This document shows positions 1 through 8,887 of a stretch of DNA of 64,000 nucleotides, piece after piece; position 1 is the stretch's first letter, and each line of letters opens with the position of its first letter. The notes under the pieces are model-generated. The model saw only the letters and a list, made by a program, of their open reading frames with translations, had not been told where the DNA came from and ran no database searches. The stretch is from a virus: positions 22,454 to 86,453 of IMG/VR virus record IMGVR_UViG_3300048922_000467, one strand, 5' to 3'. A program made the translations under genes and the position numbers.

Positions 1-333
1 TTGCTCCGCTGCCAACTTCTCTTGCCAGGTGGCACTGTTGGCGTTGACGCGCTTATCGAGCAGTGTTTGCAGATCCAGCTTGCCAGCTTTCAGAGCATCA
101 AGATCGTCCTTCTCCTGAATGCCTGCTTCAAACGCCTTCATCCGCTCTGCCAAGGTTTTCTTCTCGTTCAGAAGATCGGCGTTTTTACTCTTTAGCGGAG
201 TGACTTCTTTCTCTACGTGAGCTTTTAAGAAGTCTAGGAAGGCAGGGTTTTCCTGCAGGGCATTGAAGTCCAGTGGCGGAACTTCATCTTCGCCGAAGCG
301 AATAAGGCTTACCAGCTTGTGCATCTGAAACAT
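1..333 (-). CDS. Putative capsid scaffolding protein (partial, continues off left edge)
   Basis: Hand translation from ATG 333: MFQMHKLVSLIRFGEDE...LKSKNADLLNEKKTLAERMKAFE...WQEKLAAEQ, open to position 1; coiled-coil; same strand as portal and downstream of it. Confidence 0.55.
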   Translation of the reverse strand, partial: MFQMHKLVSLIRFGEDEVPPLDFNALQENPAFLDFLKAHVEKEVTPLKSKNADLLNEKKTLAERMKAFEAGIQEKDDLDALKAGKLDLQTLLDKRVNANSATWQEKLAAEQ

Positions 334-421
334 TTAGTCCCCCAAGGACGTTGTTTTCTTATCGTTATGTCCTAATTATATCAATGCCAAACACACAAAG
401 GGGGACAAATGCAAATATTTT

Positions 422-1117
422 TCAGGCTTTTTTCCGGGCATGGAATAGCTTGAGAAACTGCTGATCAGATGGCTTGAGCAAATTCAGTGCATTATAGAAA
501 GACTGGCTCGGTACGAACTTGCCCGCCTGCGCTTTATATAGAATGTTGTGAACAAAGCCAGTGTCTAGCATCAGCCGCATAATCTCCATTGATGCCAGTT
601 CTTCGTCTCCCTGACCGATAAACGGGACAACTTCATCCAACGACTCGAATGCTAGGTACAACTCCATCGCCGTGAGCTTTCGCTGCGGCTTCCGGCCAAC
701 TGACAGCTTGTGCAAATAGAACCTAACCAGGAGCATCCCCACATGAAACTGGGAGTTCATCAGCGCAGCAGGGATCTGCTCGATCAACAGCTCATCTTGA
801 TGCTCCGCGAGTTGGTTCAACAAGCAACGCACAAGCTCGTAATCCCCTGAAATCGGAGCATTTCGCTGAGTTCCCAGCAGTACAGCCACGGGGCCAATCA
901 GCGTCGCCAGCTCAAGCAGCATCTCCCGATAACCACCGTCCAGCGGCTTGCTTTTGCCATCAAACCCCAGGGCATGCAGGTGATCAGCGATGTCAGCGAG
1001 GAGCTGGACAGTGCCAGCTTGCAGCTCGTTTTTGTCCAGGTGATGGCGGATGCCCTGAAGGCCACGGAGGTTGCGAGCCTTGAAGTGTTGAAAGACCAGC
1101 TCAGCTGCTTCTGACAT
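422..1117 (-). CDS. Hypothetical protein (231 aa)
   Basis: ORF 3 bp downstream of 1121..1468; helical composition; family not recognised. Confidence 0.75.
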   Translation of the reverse strand: MSEAAELVFQHFKARNLRGLQGIRHHLDKNELQAGTVQLLADIADHLHALGFDGKSKPLDGGYREMLLELATLIGPVAVLLGTQRNAPISGDYELVRCLLNQLAEHQDELLIEQIPAALMNSQFHVGMLLVRFYLHKLSVGRKPQRKLTAMELYLAFESLDEVVPFIGQGDEELASMEIMRLMLDTGFVHNILYKAQAGKFVPSQSFYNALNLLKPSDQQFLKLFHARKKA

Positions 1118-1120
1118 ATC

Positions 1121-1468
1121 TCACCATTCATTGATTTGCCCGAGCACCTCCCATGTGAGGGCATCAAGCGTGATTTTGTCGAACTCAGTGACTCGGAATT
1201 CGTACGTTGTGTGCCTAAACTTAAAGACTCCAGCGCTTAGCACGTACTGAATCATGCACCTGAAAACCTCCCAGCAGGCATGGTCGCCAAGCTCTGCTTC
1301 GATGCCCCATTCTTGCAGGGCCTTCTGACGTTTCCCGCGAAAACAATGTGACGCTCCTGAGTAAAAGTTTTTTGCCTTATCGAATCCACCGCAAAGATAA
1401 ATGGCGCAAAGGTGTCGGGTGGATTCGTCGCAAGCCAGCACTGGCACTACCAATGGATTAGCTGTCAT
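1121..1468 (-). CDS. Hypothetical protein (115 aa)
   Basis: ORF preceded by element-type leader CATAAAAATAATAAGAATGAG. Confidence 0.7.
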   Translation of the reverse strand: MTANPLVVPVLACDESTRHLCAIYLCGGFDKAKNFYSGASHCFRGKRQKALQEWGIEAELGDHACWEVFRCMIQYVLSAGVFKFRHTTYEFRVTEFDKITLDALTWEVLGQINEW

Positions 1469-1608
1469 TTCGGGTGCTCATTCTTATTATTTTTATGCTT
1501 CATTATTAGCATTGAGCGGGGCTAAAATCAATATCATGGCACTTACTAATTAGCTCGGACACCACCGTCCTGGCGGATTTGGCTTGACCAGTAAGCAAGC
1601 CTGCGACA

Positions 1609-1624
1609 CTGTATATATGTCCAG
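1609..1624 (+). promoter_or_regulatory. LexA (SOS) box upstream of umuDC
   Basis: CTGTATATATGTCCAG fits CTG-N10-CAG and lies just upstream of umuD. Confidence 0.85.
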
Positions 1625-1647
1625 CAACCTGCCCGTAGTGCATCGCC

Positions 1648-2067
1648 ATGCTCACTCAACTCCCACATCTGTCGCTCAGTCAAATCCCGCTCCCCCTGCA
1701 GCTCTGCAAGCTCAAGGCCGGCTTTCCATCACCAGCCCTGGACTACGTCGAAGACAGACTGACGCTGAATGACGTGGTTAAGCTCGATCCCAGGTACTGC
1801 TATCTATGCCAAATTGATGGCGATTCCATGATCGACTACGGCATCCAGCCCGGAGATGTAGCAGTGATCAGCCGCAACGAGCCAGCCAGGCCTGGGAAGA
1901 TTGTGGTCATCAGCATCGACGGTCAGAACACGCTTAAGCTGCTGTCTGAAGATGACCAGGGCCCGGTGCTCCTCGCCGGCAACAGCGCTTACAAGCCGAT
2001 TCGGCCAGGTGACGGTGAGGAGTGGGTATTTCATGGGGTGCTGATCGCATGCACGCGCCTGTTCTGA
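1648..2067 (+). CDS. umuD: UmuD/RulA-type S24 peptidase, DNA Pol V accessory subunit
   Basis: AGFPSPA cleavage motif, GDSM catalytic Ser, TLK catalytic Lys. Confidence 0.92.
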   Translation: MLTQLPHLSLSQIPLPLQLCKLKAGFPSPALDYVEDRLTLNDVVKLDPRYCYLCQIDGDSMIDYGIQPGDVAVISRNEPARPGKIVVISIDGQNTLKLLSEDDQGPVLLAGNSAYKPIRPGDGEEWVFHGVLIACTRLF

Positions 2068-3359
2068 AGCCAGAATGGCGTCTGAGCGCAAATCAAAAGC
2101 GTGTGTACGCCTTGGTCGACTGCAATTCATTCTACGCAAGCTGTGAGCGGCACCCCCTTTGGCGCCCTGATCTTGCTGGGCTGCCGATAGTGGTGCTGTC
2201 GAACAACGATGGTTGCGTGATTGCTCGCTCCAAGGAAGCTAAGACCTTGGGGTACAAGATGGGTGACCCGTACTTCAAGATCCGCGACCAACTCGCCAAC
2301 CAGGGCGTCCACGTATTCAGTTCGAACTACACGCTGTATGACGATCTCAGTAGCCGCGTGATGCTCACCCTGGCCGACTTCGCGAGCGAGCTGGAGGTGT
2401 ATTCGATTGACGAAATGTTCCTCGATCTGACGGGCATGCGGGGCTATCAGGTGATGGCCGAAGAGATGAAGGAGCGCGTGTTTCGATGGACTGGAATTCC
2501 CGTTGGCGTTGGGATCTCTACGACCAAGACCCTGGCGAAGCTCTCAAACTGGGCTGCGAAAAACTGGAGAGGCCTTCCTGGTGTTGCAGTAGTACTTGAC
2601 GATCAGCGGCACGAGCTGTTGCTCAAGCGTGCACCAATTGGGGAGGTTTGGGGGATCGGGCGTCGCTGGGCTGAGAAGCTGGAAGCCAAGGGCATCGTCA
2701 CAGCCTGGCACTTGGCATGCGCGGACAACGAGGCTGTCGGTAGAGAGTTCAACGTCGTACTACAGCGGACTGCTCTAGAGCTCCGAGGCATCCCTTGCAA
2801 TGATCTGGAGCTCCAGGCTCCGAAGAAAAAGCAAATCATCAGCTCACGTGCGTTTGGAAGCCGGCAACAGGGGTGGAAACCAATTGAGCAGTCGATTGCC
2901 AGCTACGTTGCCCGCGCAGCTGAGAAACTCAGAGCTCAGGGGTCGGTTTGTCGGAAGATTGATGTTGGTCTCATTGTGAGGAAAGCCACGTCGGAGAGCT
3001 TCAGTGATGCGTACTCTTCAGCGACAGCCAGACTTCAGCAGCACACCGACGACACTCTCACGCTTCAAGGGGCGGCTGTTTCTTTGGCTAAGATAATCTT
3101 CGACGACAATGCAGTTTATGCAAAGTCCTCCGTGGCATTGAGCGAGATCTGCCAGCCAGAAGACCTCACTACGGACATGTTCGCTGCTGCCAGCTCACAA
3201 AGCCCCAGAGCTAAGGTTCTCGATCAGATCAATGCCAAATTTGGCAAAGGCGCTCTGCGCTCAGCTACGACCATTGGCGACATGCAGTGGAGCATGCAAC
3301 GTGGGCACCTGAGCCCTTACTACACTACGCGCCTGTCCGACCTGCCGAAGCTTCGGTAA
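2049..3359 (+). CDS. umuC: UmuC/RulB Y-family DNA polymerase V
   Basis: ALVDCNSFYASCE, VVLSNNDGC, YSIDE, C-terminal LSPYYTT; start taken at ATG 2049 overlapping umuD. Confidence 0.95.
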   Translation: MHAPVLKPEWRLSANQKRVYALVDCNSFYASCERHPLWRPDLAGLPIVVLSNNDGCVIARSKEAKTLGYKMGDPYFKIRDQLANQGVHVFSSNYTLYDDLSSRVMLTLADFASELEVYSIDEMFLDLTGMRGYQVMAEEMKERVFRWTGIPVGVGISTTKTLAKLSNWAAKNWRGLPGVAVVLDDQRHELLLKRAPIGEVWGIGRRWAEKLEAKGIVTAWHLACADNEAVGREFNVVLQRTALELRGIPCNDLELQAPKKKQIISSRAFGSRQQGWKPIEQSIASYVARAAEKLRAQGSVCRKIDVGLIVRKATSESFSDAYSSATARLQQHTDDTLTLQGAAVSLAKIIFDDNAVYAKSSVALSEICQPEDLTTDMFAAASSQSPRAKVLDQINAKFGKGALRSATTIGDMQWSMQRGHLSPYYTTRLSDLPKLR

Positions 3360-3378
3360 AGCGTTTCTCTTAACCAAA

Positions 3379-4065
3379 TCACTTGCCCAGGTCAGCCCCG
3401 ATTAGATAGTCAATCGACTCAAACTTCCCGGCATCCATTAGCCGTTGACGAAGTACCTGCATAAACTCTTTGTCATTCTTCAAAAACTTGTCGCACTCAG
3501 AATCAGTTTGGCACTCATCCAGAATATCGGCACGTTCCGGATTAACAACGCGATAGCGGCGAATGAATTCCTCACGCTTCTTATCATGAAAGCTCTGAAT
3601 AAGTGACTTCATACTTCCTCCATAGATCATATCTTTAAACTTACCCATGTACCTAAGGGAAAATTTCATCAGGGCTAAGTCATTTCTAGCGGACAGGCCC
3701 CAGTAGTACTCATCTGCCGCATTTTCTTTGACAATGAGAATCTTGTCTAGTCTAGAAACAAAGCCCTGCACCCAGGCAATGCCAGCAATCTCATTCCCGA
3801 GCTCATGAAACAGCAGGTCTTCGTCAGCAATCGATTCAACCAAAGCCCAGACCTTATAAAATCCTCGCTCGCGATAATAACTCTCCGGCAACGCCAGGAA
3901 GTTTGAGTACAAAACAACAATCAGATCGCGCTCAGACCTGTATTCAAGGCGCTCATAGATTACATAGCCATCTTCCGCTCTGAGCAACACTGGGAATACC
4001 CATTGCAGATATCTAACAAGCGACAGTCGCATTCTCGCTCCCAGTGGCTTTTTGAACATAGTCAT
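3379..4065 (-). CDS. Hypothetical protein, third gene of AT-rich operon
   Basis: 228-aa ORF overlapping 4013..4429; ends YLIGADLGK; true start may be ATG 4032. Confidence 0.75.
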   Translation of the reverse strand: MTMFKKPLGARMRLSLVRYLQWVFPVLLRAEDGYVIYERLEYRSERDLIVVLYSNFLALPESYYRERGFYKVWALVESIADEDLLFHELGNEIAGIAWVQGFVSRLDKILIVKENAADEYYWGLSARNDLALMKFSLRYMGKFKDMIYGGSMKSLIQSFHDKKREEFIRRYRVVNPERADILDECQTDSECDKFLKNDKEFMQVLRQRLMDAGKFESIDYLIGADLGK

Positions 4066-4429
4066 TCAGGGCGCTGCAGGCTGCGTCGACATCGCTATTC
4101 TTAAGAGACCAGTAGGCTTTGGCCATAATTGCATCCAGGGCTTCATTGCGACCCAAGTCTTCAAAGAAAACTGTGTGTAGCAGATGCCAAAGAAACTCAA
4201 CATCATCAATGTTTTTTTGCTCATCCGAAATACTGTGAGCGATGCTACTGAGGCATTCAAATTCCCAATCCACATGAACTGTCGTCTCAGAGAACGAGTA
4301 AACCTGAGCGACATAATCAAAGAACTCAATGAAAGTGGCAAACTCGCACTCATCGAAGTAGTATTTACTACCATCGAAACGGATCGTGGCTGGAGAACAG
4401 AATTTGATGATGTTTTGCAGGTACATCAT
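4013..4429 (-). CDS. Hypothetical acidic protein
   Basis: 138-aa ORF with 4-bp ATGA overlap with 4426..5241. Confidence 0.7.
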   Translation of the reverse strand: MMYLQNIIKFCSPATIRFDGSKYYFDECEFATFIEFFDYVAQVYSFSETTVHVDWEFECLSSIAHSISDEQKNIDDVEFLWHLLHTVFFEDLGRNEALDAIMAKAYWSLKNSDVDAACSALNDYVQKATGSENATVAC

Positions 4430-5241
4430 AAGCCCAGCTCCGAGCCAAACATATATTCCCGCTGCTCAGCGCTCATCATTGCCATTCTGCCACGAAGAAA
4501 ACCCATGTCCCCACTTAATAGTCGACGTAGCTCATCCTCACTTTCACAAATCGAATACAGGTGATAAGCGTGAGGCCTGTCCAACTGAAGCTCTTTTATG
4601 ATTAAAGGATGCATCAAATCAAAGATATCGTCATAGGCCTTTTTCTTATCGATACCCAGACTCAACAGATCAGCAGAAAATCTTTCCCCGACATCCGCAC
4701 TAGCATGAGCCGACTCATAATTCCCCGAAAGAATGCCAGCGATACATTTAACCTGAGAAGTCCTGGAGGAATCGCTATCTCGCTCAGTAGTTAGGTATGT
4801 GAGCCAAAGCCTTCGAAGATGATCAAGCCTCTCTTCCCTAAGCATCCCTAAAAACCTGGAAACAAAGTCATTGGGACTGGTGGCGTTGAGAGCCGCAGTT
4901 GCGAACATGGGAGTAAAACTAAGAACAGGGCCATTCCAGATCTTGAATTTAAAGCTCACAATAACTGCGACTTCAAGAAGCGAAGAGCAGTAACGATCTA
5001 CAACACCATCTACTGTTTTCAATTTCAGCAGGTAATGACCACCCTGAAAGCTAAAGCCCCCGGTCATCGAGAATCTATCGTAGTCCCCAATTTGCTCGTT
5101 CAAGACTCGCTCAAGGAATTCGTGGCTCTCAGCCGAAATCCCCATCAGCCCCCTGGCTTTGGTAAACCATCTCCACGCCGCGACTTTTGGCTTCAAAAGC
5201 TTGAGTAGTAGCCTGTCTTTCGGAGTGATGAAGGTAAGCAT
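4426..5241 (-). CDS. Hypothetical protein, first gene of AT-rich operon
   Basis: 271-aa ORF ending YMFGSELGL; TTGCCA-N16-CATGAT promoter-like sequence upstream. Confidence 0.8.
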   Translation of the reverse strand: MLTFITPKDRLLLKLLKPKVAAWRWFTKARGLMGISAESHEFLERVLNEQIGDYDRFSMTGGFSFQGGHYLLKLKTVDGVVDRYCSSLLEVAVIVSFKFKIWNGPVLSFTPMFATAALNATSPNDFVSRFLGMLREERLDHLRRLWLTYLTTERDSDSSRTSQVKCIAGILSGNYESAHASADVGERFSADLLSLGIDKKKAYDDIFDLMHPLIIKELQLDRPHAYHLYSICESEDELRRLLSGDMGFLRGRMAMMSAEQREYMFGSELGL

Positions 5242-5338
5242 GACCAGCTCTCAATATCATGGCAGTTATTGACAGATTGGCAATGGAGGGTAGGAATGTC
5301 AAGGGCCCAGCGGGGTGCCAGGCCATGGGGTGTGGGGG

Positions 5339-5614
5339 CTAGGCGGTTTTCAGGCGCTCCAGGCGTTCCTGGGCAATCCGGGCAAGGCAGGCATGAAACT
5401 CAGCCAGGCAAGCAGCGGCGCACTGCTGTTGCCATTTTGGGAGCTGCTTGAGATCAGGGCGATCAGCGGGTTTTCGAGTGTCTTGCTGAGCAAGTCTGAA
5501 GCACTCGTCTACACAAAAATCCTCGACCTTGGGAGCAACCTGAAAAAGGAAGTATGTGCCGGACGAATACTCAATTGCGGCCTTGGCGTCTGCGTAAATT
5601 TTGGTGATGTTCAT
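5339..5614 (-). CDS. Hypothetical protein (91 aa, MNITKIYADAK...)
   Basis: ATG 5614 preceded by a clear copy of the element leader GCATAACAATAAGAGAG. Confidence 0.6.
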   Translation of the reverse strand: MNITKIYADAKAAIEYSSGTYFLFQVAPKVEDFCVDECFRLAQQDTRKPADRPDLKQLPKWQQQCAAACLAEFHACLARIAQERLERLKTA

Positions 5615-5684
5615 GAAGCGCTCTCTTATTGTTATGCCCTTGCATACTGTCACTATGCAGGTGGAGCAAAAGAGAGCGCAACAC

Positions 5685-6383
5685 TTAATATGAGCCTTCT
5701 GCGCGCCAATTGAGGAACCGACACACACCCTCTATATCTGGATAAATAGACTTTGAGGTAACACCGCAGCGCTCCAGGGTCATCAGGAAATCGACCTTGT
5801 CCTTACCCGCAATCACATACTCCTTCAGATACTTTTTGACTTCAGGGTTTCGTTCCAGGGGGACGAACTTCCCAGACTTTTCAGAAAACCTGTGGGCAGT
5901 AAAGTAGCCAGACTGCGCGATAATCCTATCGTTGCTAAGATTTGGGTTAATCACCCTGGTCTTTCGTTGGCTGAAGGGACTACCTTTGAGTGATGGCAGC
6001 ATTAGCGAATGAGCTTCTAGTGTGTAGACATAGCAGTCATCCGTTCCCCTGGAGCTACAAGCAAAGTAGATTGCAGCCAGGGCATTCGAAGTCCAGTCCA
6101 ACAGCCTGGTTTTCATTCCAAAATGCTGAGCAAGAACGAGCATATCCCAATCATTGTCAATGTCGACATAGCTGGGAATCATCGTCAGCCCGTGCCGCCT
6201 CAGATCAGCCAACATCGTTTTTTCGACTGCGGTTGTGTTGTTGGTGGGATCTTTCCGTGCGATACCAGGAAGCAGGTTGCCGCGTTTTGACTGCCCGCGA
6301 AACAGCACAGTCCCGCCCACCAGGTCATAACCGCTTAGACGATTGAGGAAATCCGGAACGTCCTTGATCGGAATTGAAGTCAT
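5685..6383 (-). CDS. FRG-domain protein
   Basis: LFRGQ, AQHFGMKTRLLDWT, RIIAQSGYF motifs. Confidence 0.9.
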   Translation of the reverse strand: MTSIPIKDVPDFLNRLSGYDLVGGTVLFRGQSKRGNLLPGIARKDPTNNTTAVEKTMLADLRRHGLTMIPSYVDIDNDWDMLVLAQHFGMKTRLLDWTSNALAAIYFACSSRGTDDCYVYTLEAHSLMLPSLKGSPFSQRKTRVINPNLSNDRIIAQSGYFTAHRFSEKSGKFVPLERNPEVKKYLKEYVIAGKDKVDFLMTLERCGVTSKSIYPDIEGVCRFLNWRAEGSY

Positions 6384-6385
6384 GA

Positions 6386-6766
6386 TTACGCCTGCAGCCA
6401 GCTTTCGACTTCCTGAGCCCCATGCTCCAATTTCCAGGCCTTCAAGGTGCTGTGATTACCGCCTTTCGTTTCGACGACTTCGTTTGTGTGCGGGTTCACA
6501 TAGCGTTTAACTGCACGAGGCGCACGCGGCCCCTTACGCCCATCAACCTTGCCACCCGCTGCAACCACAGAAGCCCCAGCAGCCTTGGGATCGAGGATGG
6601 CAATAACGTTGCGCAGAGACATGCCGTACTCCGCCAGCAGCTTGCGCAGTTTGTCTTCAAATTCCAGCTCCCTCTGCAGGGCTTCGCTGCCTTTGAGAGC
6701 TTCCAGGGCCTGAAGCTGTTCGGCGATCTGGCGCTCTAGGGCTCTGTATTCTGCGGCTTTTGACAT
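6386..6766 (-). CDS. MvaT/MvaU-family (H-NS-like) xenogeneic silencer
   Basis: N-terminal coiled coil ELEFEDKLRKLLAEYG; C-terminal YVNPHTNEVVETKGGNHSTLKAWK...VESW. Confidence 0.93.
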   Translation of the reverse strand: MSKAAEYRALERQIAEQLQALEALKGSEALQRELEFEDKLRKLLAEYGMSLRNVIAILDPKAAGASVVAAGGKVDGRKGPRAPRAVKRYVNPHTNEVVETKGGNHSTLKAWKLEHGAQEVESWLQA

Positions 6767-6885
6767 TAGTGGTGCTCCGTTTTAGTAAATGCCATGAAAT
6801 ATACATAGGTTGTAGCCGCTGTCAAATTCAAGCCATGACTACATATTGGACGAGCCGAGAATAGATTCATTCGGGCATTGCCTTA

Positions 6886-6901
6886 CTGTATGGGCATACA
6901 G
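6886..6901 (+). promoter_or_regulatory. LexA (SOS) box
   Basis: TACTGTATGGGCATACAGTA, a near-perfect palindrome with CTG-N10-CAG. Confidence 0.85.
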
Positions 6902-6945
6902 TATATTTAAGTCAGTAGCCAATAAAAACAACAAGAGAAAAAGAC

Positions 6946-7140
6946 ATGCAAGGCACGATCATTATCAAGAATGGCTTATTCAACAACGCCTTCGAAATTC
7001 GAGACTGCGAGATAACCCTTAGCGATACAGCGAGCGTCAGCGAAGATTGCGATTCGAACAAGAAATATGCTGAATTGACATACCGAGGCGACTCATTTCT
7101 GCATAAGTGTGTTGAGGATGTGAAAGCGCGCTTCCAGTAG
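6946..7140 (+). CDS. Small hypothetical protein (64 aa), probably SOS-induced
   Basis: SOS box and A-rich leader upstream; hairpin terminator at ~7157-7180. Confidence 0.6.
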   Translation: MQGTIIIKNGLFNNAFEIRDCEITLSDTASVSEDCDSNKKYAELTYRGDSFLHKCVEDVKARFQ

Positions 7141-7221
7141 CCATCAGATCACAGAGAGGCTCACCCGCGAGCCTTTTGTTTTCAAATCCACCTGCAGCAC
7201 ATAATAATAAGAGAGAAGACA

Positions 7222-7668
7222 GTGATCTACAGCATTCACAAGAACGCCAGCCTATTTCATATAGTCGTTAAAGGCCGAACGATGCTTCTGATGGAGCTTT
7301 TTATGGGCTCAGACCACCAACACAAACTTGGCAATGGTTATCGATTCATGGTTGCTGCTAAGCGACTTTTGGGAGATGGCTGCCTGAAAACGATAGCCAG
7401 CAAAAGGGCTGAGGGCGGTGCTCTAGTGCCCTACAAGGATACGTATAAGTACGTGGGCTCAGGAGTCTATGAGTTTTACAACGAAGTTAATGAAGAGCTC
7501 GTCAGGGCCTTTTTTGACGATAGGATTGGCATGGATGACCTGCGTTGCATCAAAGGGGACTACTTAGCCGCCCACATCGTTAAGCAAATTGACAGCCAAA
7601 TGCCTGGCTACAGGGAAAAGTACGCCATGCGAATGTCGAGAGGAGCCTTGGGCTGGGTTTTCGAATGA
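7222..7668 (+). CDS. Hypothetical protein (148 aa)
   Basis: GTG start after leader TGCAGCACATAATAATAAGAGAGA; followed by a terminator. Confidence 0.75.
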   Translation: MIYSIHKNASLFHIVVKGRTMLLMELFMGSDHQHKLGNGYRFMVAAKRLLGDGCLKTIASKRAEGGALVPYKDTYKYVGSGVYEFYNEVNEELVRAFFDDRIGMDDLRCIKGDYLAAHIVKQIDSQMPGYREKYAMRMSRGALGWVFE

Positions 7669-7672
7669 GCAT

Positions 7673-7693
7673 GCCCCCGCCAGGGGGCTTTTT
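7673..7693 (+). terminator. Intrinsic terminator
   Basis: GCCCCC-GCCA-GGGGGC-TTTTT. Confidence 0.75.
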
Positions 7694-7764
7694 GTTTACA
7701 AACAGTTTTTCTTAACCAAAACACATGCGCAACCCAACCCTGCCTCAGGGCCGCATTTGAGTAT

Positions 7765-8664
7765 CTACTCCTTTTCTGCGGATCTTTTCTTTGCATCCTC
7801 CAGAATGCCGGGGACGTGCAATGCTACGAAAAGGAGAAAGGAGAAGGCTTTCATACTGTTTATTTCGGTGCCGTAGTCTGAAACCTCCCCATGCATGACC
7901 TGATGACGATTTAGGGCGTCAAAAACCTTACCAGTTTCGCGAACCTTTGCGTTACGGGCTCCCTGGCTTTTCAGGATATCGAGCTCATGTAACTCCAGCG
8001 CTGGAAGCAGACTGCCCATAGTTTTTGCGTCAGCACCAATTTGAGTACTCAGCCATTGACTTCCCTTGATGAGATTCTGCCCTTTCACCTTGTCCATCGC
8101 TGAAGGGATGCCTGTCACTTCAGAAAAGATGCCATCTGCCTGAGCCAAGAATACAGGAATGCTCAGCGAGTAGCCGGCTGGAGCGAGGCTTCTGTGAGCG
8201 TTAATTGCCGCATGAATGGCAGTTGTGCGAGACGGATATTTTTCTGCCAGCAGCTCCGAGTAGTAGTCCCAATAATCGTTGTAGTAGGCCATCAATATTG
8301 TATCGATGTCACTAGCGCTCTTGGCTTCCCGAATGCTCTCCGTAAGCTCCATCACATCCTGAAATCCGCCTTGCCAGTTAAAAAACCAACCCTCACGGGA
8401 AGCTACTTTCATGGCTTGGCTTGAGGCCTCAGGGAAGCTCTCCAGGCGCTCCTGCACATGCTTCCAATCAACGCTAGCAACCCATTGGATCACTGGCGCA
8501 ATCTGGGTGCCTATATCAGACAACCATTTGCCAAAAGACAGCAGGGACTCCTGGATGTGAGGGGCGTGCTTTTGGAGTGCCTGAGCCAATACCTCCGCAA
8601 TCCGCTGATTTTGGAGGTTTATGGCTTCATCGATGACATTTTTCTCGGGCATGAGGGCGCTCAC
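7765..8664 (-). CDS. Hypothetical protein with HEPN-like RX4H motif
   Basis: C-terminal LNRHQVMHG preceded by SIPVFLAQADGI helix. Confidence 0.75.
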   Translation of the reverse strand: MSALMPEKNVIDEAINLQNQRIAEVLAQALQKHAPHIQESLLSFGKWLSDIGTQIAPVIQWVASVDWKHVQERLESFPEASSQAMKVASREGWFFNWQGGFQDVMELTESIREAKSASDIDTILMAYYNDYWDYYSELLAEKYPSRTTAIHAAINAHRSLAPAGYSLSIPVFLAQADGIFSEVTGIPSAMDKVKGQNLIKGSQWLSTQIGADAKTMGSLLPALELHELDILKSQGARNAKVRETGKVFDALNRHQVMHGEVSDYGTEINSMKAFSFLLFVALHVPGILEDAKKRSAEKE

Positions 8665-8887
8665 CTACCTGGCGGGGCCTTTATTTAGCCACAACCAGTC
8701 GCCGCAGGCGATGAGCTCGCATTTCTCGCTACAGATACCCCAGGCCGCAGCTGGATCAACATGCAAAGCCTGGGGCCTGTGCTGCACGATTTTGCAGTCA
8801 AAAAGCTTTTTGAAAGTCTACCGCGCTGACCAGGGCAAGGAGCACCTGGCCTGGGTTTCTGAGCTCGGGCTGGCGGGGGATCTGGGG

